DNA from: Mytilus californianus
Lineage: Eukaryota
Reading direction: 5' to 3'
Assembly: GCF_021869535.1 (NCBI RefSeq)
Contig: NW_026262593.1
Location: 54,622,001-54,686,000, forward strand
DNA length: 64,000 nt
Shown in pieces: positions 51,113 to 61,920 of the stretch. Positions within the stretch are counted from its first letter, which is position 1. Every line of letters starts with the position of its first letter. Below the pieces are notes generated by a model. That model saw only the letters and a list, made by a program, of their open reading frames with translations, did no database searches and was not told the DNA's origin. The position numbers and the translations under genes were made by a program.

Positions 51113-52365
51113 ACGAAGCATCATTTCATAAGAAAAAGAAAATTCTTGCACAAACTAGGTTAAACCAAACGACAATCGAACAGTACTTCAATTGCTGTTA
51201 TTTATATACAAGTTACAAAGAGACCTTCAACGCGTATAACAAACGCTCCCAGCTTACAACACGTTCAAGATGGTCCCTAGCGCCAGCTTTAGTGGAATTC
51301 ATTGTTAGATGGCGACAACGCTAAATTTGTGTATTAAAAGCGCTTATGTGCATTTAGGTAACACCTGCAAAGATCAGTACACTTTCATGATTATCTTCTG
51401 ATCTTTAATTTTGTATTTATTCATCCTAAATCTTGAGGCACCCTGTAGCATTTTGTGGACTGCTTCTTTTTTTTTATTTTGGCCTTGGTGTTCATGATTT
51501 TTTTTATTCCGCCCATAATACCTACACCCCTCCCCCCAAAAAACCGGAACCCTTTAAAAAAACTTAAACACCAGCAAGCAAACAATAAAGATAAACAAAT
51601 ACGATTGGTAGTTAAATTAAGCATAATTTGCACTCATCTATATGCTTCTTCTAGTTCAAGTGTCTTATTTAAGTATACGATGTAAATATTATGTGAATAG
51701 TTGTGCACATAACAACCACACGAGCCCATTATTAAACAAGTGTGTTTACAACAACGCCTGTGTCATCCTTGACAATTAAATCCTCTTATGTATGACTTCA
51801 TATTTCAAAGACATTAAATTTCTATTCATAACTTTAAGAAATATATGCATATCGATTGTGACACTCTGAACATTACTGTTTGATTTTGAACAAAATTGAT
51901 TATTAAATAAATAGTTGATATTCAGTTTACAGAAGACAAATTTCACCGATGTAATGGACCTGTCATCACAATTTTGTAATATTTTGAAAAGATATTATTC
52001 TATTTGTTTTTCCCTAAGCCAGGCTTTTATAAATGAGAATGTCTTACTTTGTTAATTGTACGTTTAAATATTTAAATCAAATTAGATTTAATTGTTAAAC
52101 CTATTCGTTTGTAAATCGGATAGAATCATGTTGTTTTCGTACGACATGACTTAATGAGAGTATACTAGTATATACGAATAAGAAGATGTGGTATAATTGC
52201 CAATGGGACATCTTCTACCAGAGACCAAATGATATAGAAATTAACAGCTATAGGTCACCAGGTTAATGATAATGAAAAATTTATATTTATGTTTAATGAT
52301 GATGATATGCAATTTACACTGCCAAAATCTGCCACGATTTATTATTAAAAAGAAAGAAGTGTTTT

Positions 52366-52625
52366 ATATGAGCTGCGCCGGATAGAAATCGACCTTATGC
52401 AAGTGCACGTATACATGTGTCATTGCTAATACTTTGATTGATTTTTTGAACATTCAAATACGAAATAAAAGATGAATGTTGGTCTGTTTTGTGGGGTTCT
52501 TATATTGTCTCAATTTTCAGACATTTACAGACTTTGCATAGAGATTTTTTTCAATCCTTTTTAAATTAACATATGTATTGATATTCATTTGCATAAGGTC
52601 GATTTCTATCCGACGCAGCTCATAT
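52366..52625. mobile_element. MITE with ~33-bp TIRs, GAG termini, ATAT flanks (Sola-like or TA-type)
   Basis: ATAT|GAGCTGCGCCGGATAGAAATCGACCTTATGCAA and its inverse, 1 mismatch. Confidence 0.8.
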
Positions 52626-52647
52626 GTTAAATGCTGGTATATACAAT

Positions 52648-53045
52648 ACTTTTATGTAAATCTGTTTTAATCAGACTCTCATTACTCTTTTCCGAGTTGC
52701 TTATGCATATGCTGTTGTTCACGTTGTATGTACGTCCGTTAAATAGGTTTAATGCTTGTTAATGCATTACTTTTATGTAAATCTGTTTTAATCAGACTCT
52801 CATTACTCTTTTCCGAGTTGCTTATGCATATGCTGTTGTTCACGTTGTATGTACGTCCATTAAATAGGTTTAATGCTTGTTAATGCATTACTTTTATGTA
52901 AATCTGTTTTAATCAGACTCTCATTACTCTTTTCCGAGTTGCTTATGCATATGCTGTTGTTCACGTTGTATGTACGTCCATTAAATAGGTTTAATGCTTG
53001 TTAATGCATTACTTTTATGTATATGTGTTTTAATCAGTTTCTCGT
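52648..53045. repeat. 121-bp tandem repeat, three near-identical copies plus a partial
   Basis: Unit starts at 52648, 52769, 52890 and 53011. Confidence 0.92.
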
Positions 53046-53397
53046 AACTCTTTAAGACATGCACTTTCCGGGGGTGGGGGAATAAACAAATTGTAAGAAT
53101 ATTAATTTCTATAAAAATAATGTTTCAGAATGGGAGTGAAAATAAATGTTTCCATTGAAAATTCGAGGAAGGGAAGGGGATACCAAACTGAGTTTCGAAA
53201 CAATTGTTTTAGTTCCTGAGTGTTATGTAAGAATGTTTTGTACATTCAGAACATCCTTCCCATAACCTAAGAAGCTGAATGATGCTCGATGCCTAATAAC
53301 TCGAACCTGTGGTATTTGCATTAACTAGAATATGTTGTTACATTAGGATCGAAATTTGACTTTCTGTTCTGCAACAAGAAGTCCAACCATCATATAC

Positions 53398-53591
53398 AAG
53401 GGTCTGGTTGGGATATACAGAATAGGATATAGTAAGCCAGTACTATAGAAAAATGGGCCAAAAAAAAAGGAATAGAGAAAAGTAGAACAAGATAATAAAG
53501 AATGGAGAATAATAGGGGCTAAAATATAAAGACTATGATAAAAAACAAAGAATAGAGTAAAATAAGAATGCAGAAATGAAGGACGACTCTC
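53398..53591. mobile_element. GAGG-type MITE family 1
   Basis: AAGGGTCTGGTTGGG ... GACTCTC; flanks ATATAC / ATTTAC. Confidence 0.6.
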
Positions 53592-53929
53592 ATTTACACA
53601 AGTGTCCGACAAATAACCCAAATAAAAAGTCGAGAAAAAGAGAACTTTGAATAATAACATGTTTTCTTACCTTGTTATGTGTTTTGTACTATTAAATTAA
53701 ATAAATATAATATCAATTATGTTGTAAATGTTTTTAATCCAAGATTTATTGTTAATAGTGATTTAAGTATGACCAGACTTTTGTTTTGTTTTTGGACATA
53801 TGCATGGGTTAGTAATAATCCGATTATATCTTGATTTACTATGTAGGTGATATTGGTAGAAACCGTGCCTTATTTAGGTCAAGAAAATAAAAATCAAATT
53901 GTGGTCGAATCACTATAGCTTAATGCTAT

Positions 53930-54170
53930 CTAAAATAGAGGCGAAAGATACCAAAGGGACATTCAAACTCATAAGTCGAAAATAAACTGACAACGCCATG
54001 GCTAAAAAAAGAAAAAGACCAACAGACAAACAACAGTACACAAAACACGCAACACAGAAAACTAAGGACTGAGCAATACGAACCCTACCAAGATATGGCG
54101 GTGATCTCTGAGTAAGCAGATATTGTTCACATGTGGCATCCGTCGCGTTGCTCATGTAAGTCCAAACTGG
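53930..54170 (-). mobile_element. 3' end fragment of the Penelope-like family
   Basis: Reverse complement of the 62820-62985-type sequence, extended further 3'. Confidence 0.5.
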
Positions 54171-56468
54171 GTACCGGAATAGAGCAACAACAACACTACA
54201 CCTCAAGCTACTATAAACTAAGATAGTACACACTTCTGGCGGAAGCCATTATGTAATAATAAACATAATGGGAGAGTCGATACACGTTTAAGCCCAACAA
54301 GTCAACGTTTAGAGTGATACTTGTAAAAAGTCTATGCATTTTTCATATATGAAGCTTGATAAGGGGGACTGGCCCCCTTGCCCCCTAAATCCGCCTCTGA
54401 ACATGTCTTTCTCTGAACAGGTCTTTTCCAAGCAAGGCGTCTGCCTATAGTGCAGTGGTTGTCGTTTGCCAATACACATCTTTTAATACTATAAGCTTTT
54501 TATCAGTATCGAATTATATTGTTTCATATATTATTATCCCGCGGCATATTATAGCTTACTAAATGGTATGGGGTTTTCATATTCGTAGATGTATGCAACT
54601 ATTTTGTTGGATAGTTGTGTCATTGGCAATCAAACAGCATTTTTCTTTTGTTTGCATACAAAGCAAGAATCAGTAACATTATCCCCTATATACATCTGTT
54701 CTATATTTGTTTTTTAGAATTGTTGTTTACCTAACGTCTGCCGAGCGGGAGAAGTCAAACTAGCCACATTTATATATCTTAGTAAACAGTGGGTACAAAG
54801 TAAAAAAGTACAGAAGATGTACTATGTCAAAATAAACTGGTCCGAGTTGTCTTAAAATTTGTCCGAGTTTGTCTTGGTCCGAGTTGTCCTGATTCCGAAC
54901 AAACATATAGTTGTGTTTCCTGCCTTCCTACCCATCCTTAACTTCTATGTATACCCTAATACATTTTATAGATATTTTGGTAAAGCACAGTTAAAGTCAG
55001 TAGATTTTGGTTCAGCACCGTTACAGGCTAAAACATTTCCTTATGTCTGGTCTATATCTTAATATTAATTTTTTTACATACCTACCTACCTGCCCTATTA
55101 TTTTTTTGGCAGGAGGCAGGAAACGAGAATATAATGTTGTTGGCATCATCAATGGCAATTCGAATGAACAACATATTCAATTTTGTATTTATCATTGTTG
55201 AAGTTTGTTGATGAGTATTCCCGACCGATTCACCAACAACTTAACATAAATCCCGAATAATGGATGTGTATTCTTGGACGATTCACTAACAAACTGAATA
55301 AATTCAAGTTTACACATCGATAAATTCTAATAAAGTTTGTTGCTGGTAATTAATATAAATTAGGCCTTTTATAGCTTGCTATGCAATATTGGTTTCGCAC
55401 ATTGTTGAAGGCCGTATGGTGCTCCATAGTTGTTAACTTCTACGTCATTTGGTCTATGGTGGAGAGTTGTCTCATTGGCAATCCTGCCACATATTCTTAT
55501 CTTTATACTTACTGCACTGTTTCGCTTGTGTAGGAAATAATGCCCCCGATATCACGGAAGAGGGTTGTACATGCATAAAAGTTTTGGTTACAATGCTGGG
55601 CAATAATGAAATGAGACTTAACATACAACTTTGGAGTAATTGGATAATATCAAAAAGTCTTTTCCATCTTGACAGTGCAGTTTGGTGGCAATGTCATCAT
55701 CGTTTACAGTAACAACCAAGATTAAGAACTACAAAACAACAGCACGTTTAAAAACACCATTGATTGCTGGATGAATGTCTGTTCAACGTCCAGTGGCAAA
55801 TTAAAAGCATATTCAGGACGAGAACATGATACTAGTAATGTGATATGAATATAAACCCTGTTGAGCCGGATCTTTAATTCCTAGTTCACAAGGTAACAGT
55901 CCGCAGGATGGCATGCCACCCTTTTAGGAAACATTATTTTTTGCTCTTACTCCAAAATGTCAAGTGCTCAGCGAGGAGAACATACCAACTTTAAAGTCTT
56001 TGGTTTAACCCGACCAGAAAGAAACCACTGAAGATTATCATGGAAGGGTCGAATTCCTTGTCACTTTTTTGTATGACATGACTTAATGAGATTGTATTAT
56101 CTGTTATAAAGGAGATATACCCATAAATTAAGGTTCATATCTGTAAAAAAAAAACCAAAAAAAAAAAAACCAAAATCACCGGTACGTTTTATATCACCCA
56201 TATACATGATTAATTCTAAGTATTTTTAGTTACGCATACTATTATATTTCTGTTTCAATTTTGTGTTGATTTGAAATGTCAATAATAAGAGCATTTTCTG
56301 TAAATTTTCTGTTTTTGAATTACTCCAAAGACTGAAGGTTTTCTACTCACATAATATATGGTATTAGCTGTATGTGCCACAATTTGTATTTATTCCGATT
56401 TTTGTGTTTTTAATTCTCTTCAACTTTACATTTATTTTGGCTTTTCAGCTGTTTTAATTCGAGCTTAA

Positions 56469-56868
56469 GGATGTACTTAGGTGATCTAAGGTAAAATTAA
56501 ATAAATCAAGAATTCAAAATTGATACTTTAAGATGGAAGAGTATTAGTTAAGGATCAAAATAAGCTAAACATATTGATAGGTCATGGAGCTCCTTTTTGA
56601 GATATTTGATTTATGAAATATGGCGGGAAAAGGCTGATTCTGACTTTTACCTTATATTTGCATTGGTATTATTTGGGTCTCAAATCAGAAGAAAGAAAAT
56701 CAAGAATCCGCTAAAATTTTGTCAAATGACCTTTTATGAGCTATTAATTCTTATGTTAAAAGATAAATAGGTGTTATGGGGCAAAATATTTTACCTTATA
56801 TTGTATGGAAAAAAACCGAGGAGTCCGAACATTTAACACAAATTCCAAAACCTCACCTAAGTACACCC
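56469..56868. mobile_element. Kolobok-type MITE
   Basis: TTAA|GGATGTACTTAGGTGA ... TCACCTAAGTACACCC|TTAA. Confidence 0.8.
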
Positions 56869-56872
56869 TTAA

Positions 56873-57028
56873 GGATGTTTGCTACTCTTGTTTTTGAATT
56901 TGTCAGTTATTCGGAATCCTCTAGTTTTATCCATGTAGAGCCAATTAAAGTTTTGCCCACTAACCCCTACAGTTCTTTTCATAATTCTATTACATATTGT
57001 AATAAAAAGCCATTTTTGAAAATATTAT
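56873..57028. mobile_element. Second Kolobok-type MITE (11167 family), truncated
   Basis: Starts GGATGTTTGCTACTC right after the shared TTAA; aligns to 11167-11325, then stops. Confidence 0.7.
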
Positions 57029-58040
57029 GACATCTTTGCGGGGGACATACAAATACCGGGCGTCCGTCCGTCCGTCCGGTCTTGTTAGCGCTCTCACGTG
57101 TACAGTTCTTGTCAGATTTTTATGAAACTGATATCAAAGATTTATATCGGCAACGTCTTGGACGAGTTCGAAAATCAGTGCCGTGCCGATCAATAATTTG
57201 TAAAAGAGTTATGCCCTTGGAAACATTAATTATATGGAAAACTGCATCGTTAACGCTCTCATTTGTACAATTCTTGCCAGAATATTATGAAACTTATATC
57301 ACAGGTTTTTATAAGCAATGCCTTCGACGAGTTTGAAAATCAGTGACGATCAATTATGTTTTAAAGAGTTATGCCCTTTGGAAACATTTAATTGTATGGA
57401 AAATTGCATCGTTAGCACTTTCATGTTTACAATTCTTGCCAGATTTTCATGAAACTTGTACCATAGCTTTATATCAGCAATGTCTTGGATGAGTTCGAAA
57501 ATCAGTGCCGATAAATTATTTTTGAAAGAGTTATGTCCTTGGAAATATTGATTGTATGGAAAAGTGCATTGTTAGCACTCTCATGTATACAATGCTTGCC
57601 AGAATTTTAAGAAACTTATATTAAAGGTCTTTATCAGCAATGTCTTTGTCGAGTTCGAAAATCACTGCCGATCAATCAATTTTAAAAGAGTTATGCCCTT
57701 GGAAACAATAATTATATGGAAATTTGCCTTATCAGCGCTCTAATGTGTACAATTCTTGCCAGATTTTTAAAGACATTTATATTGTAGGTTTTTTGACGAG
57801 TTCGAAAATCAGTGCCGATCAATTATTTTTAAAATAGTTATGCCCCTTGAAAATATTGATTATATGGAAAATTGCATTGTTTAACGCTCTCAAGTGTACA
57901 ATTCTTGCCAGAATTTGATGAAACTGATATCATAGGTTTATATCAACAATGTTCTTGGCACTTTCGAAAATAAATTCTGATCAAATATTTTTATCAAGTT
58001 ATGCCCCTTGAAAATATTAATTATAACGAAATCGTATTGC
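57027..58040. mobile_element. HINE/pearl-like element with (CGTC)n microsatellite and ~160-bp tandem array
   Basis: TATGACATC..GGGACATA end, (CGTC)n at ~57061, six units starting near 57084, 57249, 57411, 57571, 57731, 57879. Confidence 0.75.
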
Positions 58041-58118
58041 ATTTGCTCTTAAGTCTTCATTTCTCTAAGATATTAATAAATTGTTTTGAAGAACAAAATA
58101 ACAATCGTTCTTTTTTAG

Positions 58119-59881
58119 TTATTGCTCTTGTACCTTGGATAGATGAAAATATGTGCAACGCGGGTGACATTGGATCTCTGTTCTATTATTTAATTTGTAA
58201 TCTAGCTTGTACACAAAACATTGTCCAGATAAATTACATACAAGAAGTATGTTCATTTCACGCTTGAAATGTATAGCTCTTGGTTTGTTCGGCCGATTTT
58301 CTTTAGTCAAAAGGATTCGAGATTCCGTGTCATCTTTTGCAAAGACCAATACTTTCTTACTACTCTTGCAAGCAACAACGACATTACCAGATGAATCGTT
58401 TATTATACCATCCGGAAGATCGTATTTCTGGCAGTAAGATTTCCAAACGATGTATCCGTTCATTTTCGTCTCGAATACTGCGCCACTTCTTGCTGTGGCA
58501 TAATAAAGCTTGTTATTATAAACGCAACAATAGTCGGCATAATCAGCTTTCCACACAGAAGACAAAACTTTACCAGAGAGATAAACGCACTGAAAGGTGG
58601 CCTTACCGAGGCTGACTACTATTGTTTCACCTGTAAAAGATAAACCGTAACACTCCTCGCTCATTGAGATAAATCGTTGCACTTTTGATGAGTCAATGTC
58701 GACGATAGCAATTTTCTTCTTTTTTACTATTGTTGTAGCAATTGTTGTTTTGTTTATGACTGCAACTACGAAACAAATCTCATTTAGTTGTATGATTTTA
58801 TCTAATTCACCTTCTTGGCTCATTTAACAAGACGTCGGTTTGACGAATTGTCAGCTAGAACAACTCTTCCAACATCTAACATATTAACATCTGTTAGGAG
58901 TGTTTCCCTCAATAATCCCGACGATGCTTGAAAAGAACAAATTTTTGTCAGGTTAATTTTATAAATGGCACTTGAAGTAGAAGTCAATGTTTGTCCTTGT
59001 TTTTAATTCTCAATCAGAAGTTTCTTAGATGGAGAATACATCACTTCCATCTTTCCAAATTCAGTTAAATCTTTATCAAACTCCATAAATATCGGAAAGA
59101 GATCTAACTGAATGGTAACCCTATCTGATATTTTATCTGTTTTCAGAAAAATCCATCTTTTTTTCTTTTTCAGTTGTTGTGTCCCATTGAAAAACAGCAA
59201 GAAAAGACTGGAATTCTGATTTATGTTGCCTTGTTTGTTCCAACTTGCTAGCTAATTTGTCAATTTTCTTAAGGATTTCTGAAAGCTTCTCAATAAAACT
59301 ATCTATTCGTTCGTTTTGTGTCTTTTCCTTCTCTTCTAGTCCCTTTATTAAAATCTGTTGAAATTTATCAAAGTGACTATTTATTGACTTCCGAATTTGT
59401 TTTTGCACTTTGGTTTTGATTTTTTTTTACCTTCTAATCTTGTTTTATTTTTTTCCCTTTTTTTCCTTTAAAAAACCGGTGATACTTTTAATAATATCCT
59501 CCCTCTCCTCTGTCCTCTAAATTTGTAAACAAACTATTGAATGACGTCATCCCCTTTTCTTAATCCGGTAATGGCTTCAACTCGTGACAGCTTTTGTGTT
59601 TTTCAAGAATGTGCGTAACGCATAATGTTGAGAGTGATTTAAACAAATAAAATCTAATTTTCGGAAATGAACATTGCATTCTTGCTCTGGATCAAGATTG
59701 GAAATTGACATCTTTTCATCGTCTACAGGTTTTGTTTTATGAGTCTTTGTTAATTTCATACGACTATGTTGTTTTCACAATCAGTGCAAATAGCTTCTCC
59801 ACAATCTAAACACGAACTAGAGGCAAATTTCGATACGTTTTTATTGATCATATTGTCGCATGTTGGTATTGGTGTCACCAT
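58119..59881 (-). pseudogene. B-box/B-box/coiled-coil/NHL-like beta-propeller (TRIM2/3/71-like) pseudogene
   Basis: CLDCGEAICTDC (B-box 1), CNVH..LDFICLNH (B-box 2), a coiled-coil segment and a propeller ORF at 58119-58823. Several frameshifts and in-frame TAA stops separate the pieces. Confidence 0.8.
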
Positions 59882-61468
59882 GTTCAGCTGAAATAATAAC
59901 AATATATTTTCAGTTGTAGTTTAATCAAAGTTCCATGAAGATTAACGGGTGAACTCTAAAAATAAAAATCAGCTAAATGAAAAAATAAACGTTGGTTTAA
60001 AAAAAAATCAGTTTGGACGTGACATTGTGCTAGGATGTTCATGTTCTGAAATAGAAAGACAACACAAAATAAGGTAATGATCATTACTAACAGAACTTCT
60101 AGAACTTTATCTACTTATTATTCACAATCAACAACCCATTGGATAACATACCAACATGCATACACGTTATACTTAAATGCAGTTATTAGTTGGATGGAGA
60201 GTTGTCTCATTGGCACTCATACCACATCTTCTTATATCTATTTAATCGTTGTAGACCAGCGGTAAAAACATAAAAACAAATAATTGAATGCACAGATAGG
60301 ACACATGGCTAAATTATATATCTTTGGAAAGAGAAAATCCTGAACTTTCAGATTAATAATGTCGTAAGCCTCAGAAGTGGTCACAATTTTGCATAATGAT
60401 GGTCAAAGGTTAAAAATTATATATTTCCAAATGTTGTCTTATTAACTGTATATTTGGTGTTTATTTCAGAAATTGTAAACATATTGATAAGCCAGAGAAC
60501 AATATTTGATTCAGAATTTATGAAGCTTGTAGGAGATATAAATGAGAATAACTTTTAAAGTTGACGTTCTTATTAGTTAAGAAATTTTGTTCATGTATGA
60601 CTCCATTTTGTTTCCATACAAGAATAGCCTTGAACTTAAAAGTGAAGTTTTTAATAGACTTGTCAGTATTTAAAACTTAAACGGGAAGTAAAGAAGGAGT
60701 ACACCTTATGTTATTGAATTTAGTTCAACTGGCTTTTTAGTCAGTATTTGACATTTTCATTTCAGACTAACGGTATCTATGACATTTCTGTTTTTACATA
60801 AAAATGTGTTCGTATAAACTTTTTTAACATCTGTCACGTGTGTATTGATATAGCGAAACAGGTCTGATGCTTGCCATTGACAAAATTCAGTACAAGTTGT
60901 CTTCAAAATGCACAACCCTTACTAAACACTGATTTTCCTTTGCACATGCACACCAAACCTTGAACGAAGTAAATGGTTGAAAACCAAAATTTCCTTCTTT
61001 CCAACCAAAGCGACCCGATAACCGACTTGACTTTGCTATGCATATTCACCAGAATTTCACTTTTTCGGATCACACCGCCTTGCTATCACACTAAAGTCGA
61101 ATGCATCATCTATATTTTATGGTGATTTATAAGGGTAAGTCATTAAATTGATCTGGGATAAGTCATTGAAATGATCTGGAATAAGTCATTGAATTGATCG
61201 GATATAACTCACTGAATTGATCGGGTGTTTTTTTTTCAGTGCCTTCAATAAGGATGTGTTGCCTCAACTTAACAAAGATGATAGTGTTACATCTTGTAAT
61301 AGCATGTGCAGTTGGTATGAACGAACGTAAAACTGAATTCTTGCACAACTCAAGAAGAGAAATGTAGCACCGACAATACTTAAAACTAGAAACTATTCCT
61401 GTGTGATACTACAATGCAGATATGTGAGTCATTTGCGCGAAAGCTTTAATGGCATCACCTTTAGTAAC

Positions 61469-61843
61469 AACATTAAAGGTACCAATTTTACTGCACCAGA
61501 TGCAAATTTCGACAAGAAATGTCTCTTCAGTGATAATCGAGGTCAAAATATTTAAACATCTAAAACTTATTAAAAGAGATGAAGAGCTTACAAACCAAAA
61601 AGGAAAAATAGTATAGTCAAAAGTCGTACAAGAAATCAGAGCTTTGCATAAAGGAGATATATTCGTTAACTTAAAATAATTTCAAACCTTTTATATCAGA
61701 AAGTTTAAAAAAAACAAATGTCCGTTTTTGTCATGCAAATGCCGAAGTACTTGCTACTTGGCTGTTGATACCCCCGAGAGTAACAGTCTACCAGTAGAAG
61801 TATTGACCCAATGGTAATAATAACATAAAGGGTACCAACTTTT
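61469..61843 (-). mobile_element. Retrozyme-like monomer (family 2), ~353-bp period
   Basis: Terminal direct repeats centred on GGTACC at 61478 and 61831; contains the hammerhead motif. Confidence 0.65.
61494..61535 (-). ncRNA. Minimal type I hammerhead ribozyme motif
   Basis: TATCA-CTGAAGA-GACA-TTTCT-TGTC-GAAA-TTTGCA-TC-TGGTG: intact CUGANGA/GAAA core, 4-bp stem II, AUC triplet, 5-bp stem I with wobbles, 2-bp stem III. Confidence 0.7.
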
Positions 61844-61920
61844 CCCCCGGAAAATTATGATTGACAGAAAAAAAAATCTTCTTCATTCTTCTTAATAATC
61901 TCATATTTTCGTACTAAAAA

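Noticed and set aside
57082-57336. 84-aa ORF
   Set aside because: Lies in the ~160-bp tandem array of a HINE-like element.
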